From: Octopus bimaculoides
Taxonomy: Eukaryota
NCBI RefSeq assembly: GCF_001194135.2
Contig: NC_068984.1
Location: forward strand, 53,667,678-53,701,050
DNA length: 33,373 bases
Reading direction: 5' to 3'
The notes beneath the pieces are model-generated. The model saw only the letters and a program-made list of their open reading frames with translations. It made no database searches and had not been told where the DNA came from. A program made the translations under genes and the position numbers. Position 1 is the first letter of the stretch. Every line of letters begins with the position of its first letter. Shown piece after piece: positions 22,330 through 33,299 of this stretch.

Positions 22330-22710
22330 AATCGTTTGTGAAAATGCACTTGAAATGGAATCGGCTTGAAATATCATTCATTTAACGACTACAAGTCATA
22401 AGATTTAGATGTGATAGCTATAAGCGCGACCAGAATTTCCGGGTATTTTACTTTTGTGCTTTTTGACGATTATGAGGATTGCATAACTTGCAGACAGCAC
22501 AGATTAAGCAGAGTGGCAGCTTGAGTTTAGAAAGATTTGGAATTCGTGATTCGGATGATCTTCCAAGATTTAGATTTTAAGTTAGTGGCCGTTTATACTT
22601 CAACTGGAACGGATGTGTATGAATAGTAAATAAGTGGGAGATTGTAAAAACTCGCAAACTTGCTTATTCAGCTCCCATTGTCTACTAGGTGGCAATGACA
22701 AGATTATTCA
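22330..22710 (+). pseudogene. Decayed apurinic-endonuclease (APE) domain of an L1/Tx1-type LINE ORF2
   Basis: Frame from 22381: FNDYKS*DLDVIAISATRISG...RVAA*V*KDL...DFKLVAVYTSTG, matching the APE motifs DVIAISETR, GVAVL and RLVAVYAP. Confidence 0.6.
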
Positions 22711-22849
22711 GAATGACCAGGCCTACCAACATTATAGACCTGTTAGGAAACTTTTTGGTTTTCAAGATTGATTTTTCGTAATTGATATTTCGTAAAACCC
22801 CACCATTTTTGTAGTTTGCCCTTGTAATGTTTTCTCATCTGCTGCTCTT

Positions 22850-23044
22850 CTTTGAGTGTCAGAAAAATGATTGTGGTATTTGTCCTGTGTCTTTGCGTTC
22901 TAAATTCAAATTTTGCTGAAGTTACCTTTAACCTTCATTCTTTTGTGGTCCATAAAGTACCAATCAAAAGTCCTAGAATTAATGGTGTCGACAAACCCCC
23001 TAAATCTCATAATTACTGATCTGGTGCCTAAATTCCAAAACATT
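22850..23044 (+). mobile_element. SINE family A, degenerate
   Basis: gtggtatttgtcctgtgtctttgcgttctaaattcaaattttgctgaagtt..ataaagtacca. Confidence 0.7.
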
Positions 23045-23049
23045 GAAAT

Positions 23050-23210
23050 GGGCAGGTAGAATTTTTAGGGTATCGGAAAAAATGTTTTGTAATATTTGTT
23101 CCGGTTCTTTACCTTCTGAATTCAGATCCCGCCAAAGTCAACTTTGCCTTATATTTTGCTATGTAACTACATGCAACCCCACCCCACGTGTCTTGGGTGA
23201 AGTTTTTAAA
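23050..23210 (+). mobile_element. SINE family A, tandem second copy, 3'-deleted
   Basis: ggcaggtagaatttttagg..ttctgaattcagatcccgccaaagtcaactttgcctt. Confidence 0.7.
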
Positions 23211-23289
23211 ATTAATTTTTATATTTTATTCATTTATTTATTGGTAGTGGTGTTATTGTGAATAATCTTCTATATTTTGGAAGTCTCTA

Positions 23290-23790
23290 TTTTCCAGTCT
23301 TTCATATCTGGACAATTTTCCCGCATCTTTCAGAAGTAAACTGATCTCCGTCTTAAGTAATACGTCGATTAAAAGGCGTTTTTATGGTCTTTGGTAAGAA
23401 TAACTTTTCTAAATTGACTAAATTTTGCTGTCTTGTGAATCGTTTACTCCACTTTGTCATGCTTTCATAATCTGTGGTCTTTGTAACATCTATATTTTTT
23501 TTACACATATTTGTCAATGCAAGTACAAATTCTGTTATACAAAAAAAATAATTAAAAACTTCCAGCTTCTTTTTTGTCTCTTTATTACGCCATTTTGACA
23601 GGGACTGAGGAGTCATAAACAATTTAGACGACTCTTTCTTCGCGTCCTCACATATATTTTGTATTCTGTTTCAGACATGTTTTTGATACTTCCTTTGGTC
23701 TGGCACTACGATCACAAGCTCTTCAGCTTCAGCTTTGAATCCTGGATTTCCCAACACATACTGTATTTTATCGGTAGTCATTTACATTTT
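23290..23790 (-). mobile_element. Possible pogo/Tigger-like transposase remnant (CENP-B-type HTH)
   Basis: KESSKLFMTPQSLSKWRNKE and SMTKWSKRFTRQQNL resemble HTH_psq and the GWLxRFKxRH motif; weak. Confidence 0.35.
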
Positions 23791-24286
23791 GATAATCTCG
23801 TCGAGTTAAGGCCATATTAGCACTTTCCTTCTCGATATCTTAACGCCAGAATTTTGTCTTATTTTACACGTATTGTTTTAAGTGGTTAAATAAGTTTTGT
23901 TATTGTTTTCCCTTCCTCTTCACATCTGCTTGATCTCAATGCGTTATATGTTTGTTGGCTTCTGACAAGACTTTATATCCCATATCGCATTAAAGCTATC
24001 GTATTTAACCAAGTGAGAAAAAATCTGATTATTAATACTTACGCGATGAAACGAAGAAAACATTTGATCACAGTTCTTGATATGTTTCGGTCTTATTAGG
24101 CCTCTTCAGTGAAGCATAATCTTCCTCATACTTGCTAAATTAGCCCTAAAAAATCACTATATCTGTGTCTCTCTAGCTTTTTTAATCTCACTACACACAT
24201 GCACATACTCATACAGAAATACATACGTACATACAAGCAGACACAGGCACNNNNNNNNNNNNNNNNNNNNNNNNNNNNNNNNNNNN

Positions 24287-24354
<68 letters not shown>

Positions 24355-24382
24355 TATGCATGTACGTATGTATGTATGTTTG
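24287..24382. repeat. (TG)n/(ATGT)n beside gap (N 24251-24286)
   Basis: Seen directly. Confidence 0.95.
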
Positions 24383-24549
24383 TATGTTCAAAAAATGTTC
24401 TAATTAAAATTTCATTGCCAGTTATGTTTCATTCTCTTATTTCTTCCTTATGCCACATTTCTCACTTTGGAGTCCTACAACCCTCCAAACTATTTCCAGC
24501 ACCACTTTGAAAAGAATTTCACTATACTGATATAAAATAATCAATCAGA

Positions 24550-25790
24550 AATGATTATGGTGACTGTATATCATCATTACAGTGATTCTCTTATTTTGGT
24601 TACGACGAAGAGTATGTTTCACTAAGGATATCTGGAGTTGTCGCCTATACTTGCTAAGAACAAATTAAATTAATATTAATCATTGAACTAATGTGTTCTT
24701 CTCAACGCATGAGTGTTATTAATTAACCAGATAGTTTGCTCACTGCTATGATAACCATAACTCGTTTTATCTTTCACGGTGCTTAATATTTTTTAATCTT
24801 CCTTGATCCTCGATCCTCGATCTATTTTTGTAGCTATTCGCATAAATTTCCTATTTAATACGATTTATATTTTTGTGTACAGTTCTGCAGTAAATATTTA
24901 TAACAGGTTTCTATTTCTATTCTTTCTGCGTCAGATTTTCTATAATACAATTCCTAGATGCAACCTTTAACTTGCTTGTGCTCCTATCTAATCTTACTAA
25001 ATGAATTAGCTCCTATTTGAGAATACTATAACTGCAACTAGAGGGGTGAGCTAGCAGAGTTGCTAACACTTCGGGAAAAATGCTTAGCTGCATTTCATCC
25101 GTCATTACGTTCTGAATTCACATTCAGGGTCGATAGAATTAGTACCAGTTGAGCACTGGAGTCGATGTAATTGACTTATCCTCTCCTCCAAACTTGCTGG
25201 CTTTGTGCCAAAATTTGAGACCAGTGTTTATAACTGCAATTTATAGCTGAAACAGCTAAAATATTGATATTTTACCTTATTTCGAGCCTTTAGCACAATT
25301 TTAATTATTAATCTAGAATTCTTTCCTAATATTATCTTTGATTAGAGTACTCTATCTAGTTCGTTCATTGATTCCAAATATTTGTAAGTCTGCTTTTAGT
25401 ATAAATCTCTTATCTCCATTTTTAAAATTTATTTTTCTATATCTTGCAAGAATTTCCTGCCATATTTTGCTACTTATATATCTGTTCTTGTTATTCATTT
25501 TTCTTTTTTTAAGTTTTCTTAACACATTTTTCAAATATAAATTTCACCTCAATTTTTCCACTAAATGCGGGTATAGAGAATCCACTTAACAAGGTTTCTG
25601 CTTTATCGTCTGAATCATACAACTTTAAGTTATCCATCTTCAAGCAAATGTATTTCCATTGAATTTGTATCTGGATCCAATCTCGTTTAGCGTGATAATA
25701 TGGTTAAAAGTGGAGAGAAATCGATCTAAGAATATTCTCTTCAAATCGGGATCGGTTTCGTATTTACAATTCCCTCTTTTTTTGTTTGTA
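24550..25790 (-). mobile_element. R4/Dong-clade LINE RT fragment, decayed, interrupted by a SINE
   Basis: Minus strand: LNEIGSRYKF...MDNLKLYDSDDK...FSGKIEVKFIFEKCVK (compare YMDDLKLY...FSxDIxMxFGLDKCAK); KSDAERI near 24930. The lower boundary is uncertain. Confidence 0.7.
25038..25228 (+). mobile_element. SINE family A with 11-bp TSD
   Basis: TSD tataactgcaa at 25027-25037 and 25229-25239; ggggtgagctagcagag...agggtcgatagaattagtaccagttgagcactggagtcg. Confidence 0.9.
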
Positions 25791-26049
25791 TATGTACGGT
25801 TGTTTTCATCTATTCAAGACATGTTTGTCGTATCTGCTTGTTATTGATGCTCATGTCTAATGTTTACAAAATTTATTAGCTTGCAACCCTGCTAAATACC
25901 TTTTGAGAATTCACCTCTGCCGTGCTCCGAACTTTATCTCTCCTCTTAGACTCTTCGCTTTTGGCATTAATGATTACAAACTGGGCTCTTTTTGAGCATT
26001 TACACATGTCGGCTAGTTGAAAATTAGAGCCGTCAGCATAATCAAACTA

Positions 26050-26338
26050 TAAAGGCTTGTTATTTCGGTAGAAGGCCAGTAATTTTGAGGGAAGGGAGTT
26101 GGTCGGTTATATTGATCCCAGAACAAGACTGGGTAGGTTGATGTCGGCAGGATTGAACTCGGAATATAAAGAACCAGAACAAATAGTGTAAGGTATTTTC
26201 CTAGACTCTTTAACGCAGTGTTTCTCAACCTTTTTAACCTTGCATAACCCTTAAAATAAATTACATGTTTCAAGGAACCACTGCACAAAAAAATTATATA
26301 CCATATCTTTCTATTATTTTTTTCATTGTAGTTCACGT

Positions 26339-26380
<42 letters not shown>

Positions 26381-26552
26381 GTATACATATGCACATATAA
26401 TTTGCATGTACAGTAATAGTACGATCCTGAAATAAGCATTAATTTATCTCACTCTTTCTCGCGGAACCCCTAGGAACCTTTTGCGGAACCCTAGGGTTCT
26501 GGGGAACCCCGGTTGAGAAAATCTGCTTTAACGATTCTGCCAGTTCGCCGTC
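26050..26552 (-). mobile_element. SINE family A split by a hAT-type MITE
   Basis: ggccagtaattttgagggaaggg...gaactcggaatataaaga...ctttaacg | insert | ctttaacgattctgccagttcgccg. Confidence 0.85.
26216..26525. mobile_element. hAT (Charlie-like) MITE, 310 bp, 8-bp TSD
   Basis: TIRs cagtgtttctcaacc / ggttgagaaaatctg (13/15); perfect TSD ctttaacg at 26208-15 and 26526-33; subterminal ggaaccc repeats; internal (AT)n at 26343-26378. Confidence 0.9.
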
Positions 26553-26568
26553 TTGTTAATAGTAAATA

Positions 26569-26955
26569 TGTTGTTGGCACTGCGTCGCTTACGACGTCGA
26601 GGGTTCCAGTTGATCCGATCAACGGAACAGCCTGCTCGTGAAATTAACGTGCAAGTGGCTGAGTACTCCACAGATACGTGTACCCTTAATGTAGTTCTCG
26701 GGGATATTCAACGTGACACAGTGTGACAAGGCTGACCCTTTGAGTTACAGGCACAACAAAAACAGGAAGTAAGAGTGAGAGAAAGTTGTGGTGAAAGAGT
26801 ACAGCAGGGTTCGCCACCATCCCCTGCCGGAGCCTCGTGGAGCTTTAGGTGTTTTTTCGCTCAATAAACACTCACAACGCCCGGTCTGGGAATCGAAACC
26901 GCGATCCTATGACCGCGAGTCCGCTGCCCTAACCACTGGGCCATTGTGCCTCCAC
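26569..26955 (-). mobile_element. Full-length tRNA-derived SINE (family B)
   Basis: A box tggcccagtgg, B box ggtttcgattccc, (CAA)-type tail; TSD taatagtaaata (26557-68) / taatagtagata (26956-67). Confidence 0.92.
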
Positions 26956-27782
26956 TAATAGTAGATAATAATGTAACTAACAAACCAACGCCTACACAAG
27001 CTTCTTGGCATCAATATGGAGAAAAATTTGTCCTGTTGACTCTCATGGTTCACAAAGGATCAGTTGAATTATAATCAGCTTTGTCACCCCATATCTATGT
27101 TAGAAATAGTTGGTTTGTCAGAAACTAATAGTTACACCATTGAAAATTAAGTCTGTTGATTTACATCTGCTATATTGTTGAGAACATCAACTATTAATTT
27201 TATATCAAGCCTGCTGTTGTTCAGAATAAAGTTTTCTGAGGAATTATATTTCCTTGACTTTCAATAAAGTTCATTAAGAAGCGTTAAGGGTTACATTGTT
27301 CCGGTCAAGTTCTAAGGGTAGGGGTTGTAAGATTTGGATAAATAGATAATGAGCAGCTTATATCTTATCCCAATGATATTACTGGAATCTTGTATAAAAG
27401 ACATTCCCTATTGCAAGTCTTGAAAGGATACGATATAAAATCAATATTTTCTCATATTCTTTTCTTTATTTTTAGTTAAGTTAACCGAAATCATACATCA
27501 GTCGTAATAGGTGAGTTTTAAATCGTCATTATAGAATCCAGGAAATATTTACTAATAGGTTGCAATAGAGAATCAACACTATCTTAAAGTTGACCTTTAG
27601 ATTTAAACATTGGCGTGCCACTTACTTTATTAATCATTTGAAACACAAAAGACTAGAAGTTAAAAGTAAGGATTATGTTTCCTGAAGACACCTTGACATA
27701 TTTTGTGATTCAATATTATCGAAAGTTCTAGTGAGAATGTCTATTGTGTTAAACAGTTTCATTGAATGTACTTAGTACATTT

Positions 27783-28166
27783 TTTGTTGACACTCCGTCG
27801 CTTATGACGTCGAGGGTTCCACTTGATCTGATCAACGGAACAGCCTGCTCGAGAAATTAACGTGCAAGTGGCTGAGCACTCCACAGACACGTGTACCCTT
27901 AACGTAGTTCTTGGGGATATGCAGCGTGAGACAGTGTGACAAGGCTGACCCTTTGAATTACAGGCACAACAGAAACAGGAAGTAAGAGTAAGAGAAAGTT
28001 GTGGTGAAAGAGTACAGCAGGGTTCGCCACCATCCTCTGCCGGAGCCTCGTGGAGCTTTAGGTGTTTTCGCTCAATAAACACTCACAACGCCCGGTCTGG
28101 GAATCGAAACCGCGATCCTATGACCGCAAGTCCGCTGCCCTAACCACTGGGCCATTGCGCCTCCAC
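27783..28166 (-). mobile_element. Full-length SINE family B, second copy
   Basis: Closely similar to 26569-26955; perfect 13-bp TSD acttagtacattt at 27770-82 and 28167-79. Confidence 0.92.
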
Positions 28167-28175
28167 ACTTAGTAC

Positions 28176-28179
<4 letters not shown>

Positions 28180-28230
<51 letters not shown>

Positions 28231-28255
28231 TACATATATATATACATATATATGA
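28180..28255. repeat. (ATAC)n/(AT)n microsatellite
   Basis: Seen directly. Confidence 0.95.
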
Positions 28256-29799
28256 AACATCCACAATAATGCACGCATCACAAGTTTCTCCATGTGGTTA
28301 TCCATGTACAGTGTCATGCTCAGTTAACGCGGCAGAGTTAGTAATACTGTAGTTCCTAGCAGACCTGCATGCAAAGCCCCTTCGTCTAAATAATTACATG
28401 TTTTATAGTCCTCTGCATAAACTTGTGTAGCTTTACATTTGGGAACCGGAAATAACGCTTCAAAACTGTTACAAAAATCCACTGAATCTAAGCTTTGACA
28501 TATCATCTTGGATTGATTATGTTTCATGGCACCATAGATTCACAATTATATTAATAGTTGTTGAGATTCACAGAATAATTTGAGTCGCACACAAGAGCAC
28601 AAAGAGATGCAAGAGTCGTAGTTTTCAAAGGGAGATATTTGAAAATTTCTCTGTAACAATATCTGAGACTATAATCATTACCTCACAATAAACGAACAAC
28701 CATTGATGAAATATTTATTTATAACAGCGTTGAAATGTGTTAGTGCCATTTTTTTTTACTACAGTGTAATATATTATAATGTACAAATGTGGTGAAATGC
28801 TTGGAGTTGTACCAATATTTTCATGTTTTCTAGATATTAGTTAACTCTTCAAAGCAATAATTTATTTTAACATTCCAACATTTCCATATTAACTCTTTTG
28901 GCTATTCTTTCAATATTATCAGTTTTATCTTTCCATCTTGTACCGCATAGAAGAAGAAACATTACAAGAAAATCTCAGGCGACCAGTTTATTCTAATAAC
29001 TGCGCCCTAACAATTGAGGACAGTATATATAATAGCGGAAAATACAATTTTGGTTGTGAATCATTATTCTGTATTCTCTAACAAAGTGAATTGACATGTG
29101 TCGTGCTAATTTTCCCGCAAAACTTGTCTTCTGTTTGTGGAAACACAATTTTGTAATTAAAATATCGGCATTTAATTTGTTTCTGTACTACTAGTAGAAA
29201 TTTCTATTTCCATTTAGCTTTAAATATTCTGCGTGTCTAACAAATTTCAGTTCGCCTTTGTACGTTGATCAGCTTAACAAATCTCTGTTTTGAACTTATA
29301 AAATCTTTTGATCATAATATTCTTCTACAAACGCTACACCGGTATGGTTTCTGCAGACTTTATAATTAATGACATATATTCATTCTGTTTATCCTCTTGC
29401 TGTCAGTAGATTTTTGTATTTGAGTTAAATCATGTGAAATAATTTCCCTCGTTAAATACCATAGGTATTCGTACTTGAAATATTGTCGTTTCTCTTTATA
29501 TACTAAAATAAAAAGTATTTCACCGTACAGAAGTTGTTCCGTTAAAATCTGTATAATTTTAAATACCCTGCAAACCGAATTACTTTACAACATGATTAAA
29601 GAATAGGTGGAATATTTGAAGGTAGCAAATTTTTTTAAGGCCCCTTCACAAATATCTTCTACGATAGCTTCGATTTGACCGATATCATGTCAGTGAAATT
29701 TACCAGGCGGAAACTGTGTGTAATCTCATCGTACGCGTACATACACATATACGTATATATATACATATGTATATATGTGTGTGTGTGTGTGTGTGTGTA

Positions 29800-30015
29800 C
29801 GAGAGTGGGCTGAAAAGTCATAGCCAAACTATGTAAGAAGGATTCTAGAGCTGCGAAATCTTACACGCATTAATTCCAACTCTTCTTACGTATTAATAAC
29901 TGCATTGTTTCTTTCCAGGTAAACTGACATCTTATTGTTCAAAGAAGACTTCGAAAGTAACTAGTTGCGACTTCTCTTGAAAATAGACAAAATTTGGCAT
30001 CTTGGAGTCGCCTCT
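29800..30015 (+). mobile_element. 5' end fragment of a mariner-type transposon
   Basis: TA followed by cgagagtgggctgaaaagt (mariner-like TIR) and a start resembling (M)DKIWH at ~29983; inserted at the end of a (TG)n tract. Confidence 0.55.
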
Positions 30016-30016
30016 G

Positions 30017-30017
<1 letters not shown>

Positions 30018-30062
<45 letters not shown>

Positions 30063-30064
30063 TG

Positions 30065-30112
<48 letters not shown>
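30018..30112. repeat. (AT)n-(TG)n microsatellite
   Basis: Seen directly. Confidence 0.95.
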
Positions 30113-30113
<1 letters not shown>

Positions 30114-30724
30114 TGAAAACTGGTGACGCTCCACATCACTTGTGATGTCGAAGATGCTGCAGGAAAGTATTTGATTATCCTGTTGGAAAACTGACGTACG
30201 ATGACATTCACTAATTAAAGTAAGAAATATACAATCAAGTACATAAATAAATAAATGAATATTTGACAGGTACTTACTGTATCGGCAGCACTCGAAAGAT
30301 GAAAAAGCAAAGTCGGCAGAAGTATCTCGTTTAATCCGTTGTTCTATTGTCTCTGCTAGTTCAATGTCCTTATATTATTTATTTATCGTAATTGCATTAG
30401 TTACTTGCAGTTTATTGCTATTCACGTTTCATCTGCATTAGCATACTGATCAACATTGCAGTCACGTTAAGCTGATGTACGAAGTGACATTCTTGAGGAA
30501 GTTGTGACGATATGCAAGTTTACACTATACTTCTCTTCAAAATTTACGGTACACCGTTGACTATAAAATAGAAAGCGTTGAACCAACGCAGGAAATGTGT
30601 ATGTGCTCACTGATCTATTAGAAAGCGTAACAAAACCACGCAGCATAGCGTTTACATAAAAAAAGGATGCATTGGATAATGCTTGAAAAATCAGTAACGT
30701 GTGTTCAAAGCTGGAGTCTACTCA

Positions 30725-32241
30725 GTTATGGCTAAATCGGAAATTAGGTTGGCGAGCAAGCATATTTTGAGAGGGATCAAAGATGACATAATGAGGACAC
30801 TTAAACTCTCCTTATGGCGCAATACCAATGAAATTATTTCATGGTTTAAGGCAAACCAAGGTAGAGGTAGGGCAAGGTTCACCCAATTCTATATAGTGGA
30901 GCTTTATTCGTCTATATCGAAAGAGTTACTAGTTAAGGCGCTTATACTCCTTAGGGATTTTACTGACGTTAATGATAAGGATAGAAATGTAATTATGCAT
31001 GCCAGGAAAACCCTGCTGTTCAACAAAGGTTTGGCCTGGGTCAAGTAAACTGACTCAGTACGCTCCTTTGACGTGACGATGGGAGCATTCAGTAGCGCTG
31101 ATATCTGCGACCTAATAGGATTATATGTACTGGACACCTTAACAAAAAGGTTCCCGTTGGCCCTTTTTGGTTCTATACAGAGATGACGATTTAGCCATCT
31201 CTAGAAGCGTAAACGGGCACACCCTATATCGGCTTAAGAAGGACCCAATTCATATGAACTCTTTTGCTCTTCAGATTACAGTTGAGATCAGTCTTACAAT
31301 GGCTAACATTTTAGATGTTACGCTCGATTTGGGTACCTGTTCATTCAGGCCCTACCGCAAACCAAACGAAAGGCTGTCGTACATTAACACAACTTCCTAC
31401 ACCCACCTATTGTATTAGAACCTGGTAAAGAGTGTCAGTAAAAGGATTTCGAACCTTCCTCAAATACAGAAATTTTCGACGCTGAGTCGCCTATTACAAC
31501 AAGGCTTTGGCATCCAGCGGGCTTAAGCGCCGTATCTTCTTTATGCCCGGACCTAACATTCACAAAAGAGAGCGCCACCGTAAGGTTATTTGTTGTTCCC
31601 CAACCTTCTCACCCAACATCAAAACCTGCGTGGGAAGGATATTCCTTACATTATTGGATAGACATTTCTCGCAATCCCATAGGTACGGACGATTATTTAA
31701 TAGACACAACTTAAGGGTCTCATTCAACTATGCGCCCAGTGTAAAAAAGATTTCAGTGAACACCTCTAATCCCAGCACGGAGGCAAAATGCTCATGTAGG
31801 GTTAACAGTGAATGCCCAGTAGGCAGTCGATGCAACTCCGGGGCCGTGATCCTCGAGGCAGAGGTGGTGTCCTTCAGTAACAGCAGCAACAGCAGCAATA
31901 GCACCAGCAACAACAGCAGCGTCAACAGGTCGAGTAAGAACAGCACCAATGGTTACGATAACAGCAGCAGCAGCAGCAGCAGCATCAACAGCATCACCTG
32001 CAACGTAGGGACACATACAAGGCAATATGTTAGAACACCGGGTGACCCGTTTAAGTTGCGACTAAGTAACCACAGTTCCTCTTTTAGGATCCCAGACAGA
32101 GGCAATGTTACGTCTTTGGCCGACTGCATATGGCATTTAAAAGAAGGGAGAATGCCTTACATGATTAAATGGAAGCACTTAGAACAACATGGACCATACC
32201 TGAACGAAAACAGGTGATGCAAACTTTGCTTGAACGAGAAG
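30725..32241 (+). mobile_element. Penelope-like retroelement (Naiad/Neptune-type RT + GIY-YIG), 5'-truncated pseudogene
   Basis: AKSEI..SKHIL; FYIVELYSSISKELL; FDVTMGAFSSADICDLIGLY; YRDD at 31176-31187; LDVTLDL..FRPYRKPN; CSCR..ECPVGSRC; VILEAEV...QYV..FKLRLSNHSSSF; TSLADCIWHLK; CKLCLNEK. Stops at 31046 and 32215 plus frameshifts. Confidence 0.92.
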
Positions 32242-32386
32242 ATTCGAGTGATTTCAAAGTTAAAAAGTGAAATAAATTCAATTAATNNNNNNNNNNNNNN
32301 NNNNNNNNNNNNNNNNNNNNNNNNNNNNNNNNNNNNNNNNNNNNNNNNNNNNNNNNNNNNNNNNNNNNNNNNNNNNNNNNNNNNNN

Positions 32387-32478
32387 TGCTCAAGAACACA
32401 ACACGCAGCCCGGTCCAGGAATCGAACTCACAACCTTACGATCATAAGCTCGACGCTCTAACCACTGAGCCATGCACC

Positions 32479-32481
<3 letters not shown>
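32387..32481 (-). mobile_element. tRNA-derived SINE head (family C-like), remainder in gap
   Basis: cccggtccaggaatcgaactcacaaccttacgatcataagctcgacgctctaaccactgagcca. Confidence 0.8.

Positions 32482-32540
<59 letters not shown>
32481..32540. repeat. (CA)n microsatellite
   Basis: Seen directly. Confidence 0.95.
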
Positions 32541-32542
<2 letters not shown>

Positions 32543-33299
32543 TATATAGCTGCAATCGCTTCGAGATGCAGCGTTGAAAGACTTATTGACATATTTTTCG
32601 ATGCTTATGCATTTATATTCTCGATTTAAACAGACATATTTTTGTATGTCAGTAAAGCATTCAGTCCGTTGATGGAGTGACGGAAGATTATTCGAAACAA
32701 TAACTGCTCGCTAACAAACTTCCAACTATAGATATTTTCTGGCAGCAAAGAGTTGAACTTCAGGATAGTATCTCCCCAAAACTGAAAACATGCTTCTATG
32801 TCTACATCGAAAACTTATCCTCAAGAACTAAATCACACTTCATGTATTTCGCTTCTATAGAAACTATGACTATGTCAAGAAAACATGAGAACTTTTTGCT
32901 TCGTTTCATATAAATCCAAGAACCCTTTTTCAGGGTCTCTTCTTAAATCTGAATTTTCTTTTATAATTAGAAGATTCGAGTGATTTCAAAGTTAAAAAGT
33001 GAAATAAATTCAATTAATTCAATATCCGCTAGATCCAAAATTCCATGTATGAAGACTGTTCAGTCACCAACTTTGTGTTTTCTTGTATCCTTGGTTTCTG
33101 ATTCTTCAGTTGTCAACCATAAAAAATAAAGCCTGAATCTTGTCAGCATCTTTAAATCCCTACACATTCTTTTCTTTAGCTTCTAAAAAAAAAAGAAAAA
33201 AAAAAGGAAAAGGGTAAAACATTTCATCAAACAATTCAAAGAAGTGTTATCCTCAGTCCGAGAATATTGTTGTGATGAGGTAGTCTTTGTAGAATATCG

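Noticed and set aside
17990-25790. Idea that the two large R4/Dong fragments are one element split by nested insertions
   Set aside because: Both appear to cover the same post-RT region (AVxxxY...KSD motif area), so they are separate copies.
32215-32217. In-frame TGA before CKLC as a selenocysteine codon (reported for some Naiad PLEs)
   Set aside because: It occupies the Arg position of the usual KRCxLC motif (simple CGA>TGA decay), and the element has other stops and frameshifts.
14500-32481. tRNA-like sequences at 14500-14561, 26880-26955, 28090-28166 and 32410-32481
   Set aside because: They are SINE heads continuous with SINE bodies and TSDs, not tRNA genes.
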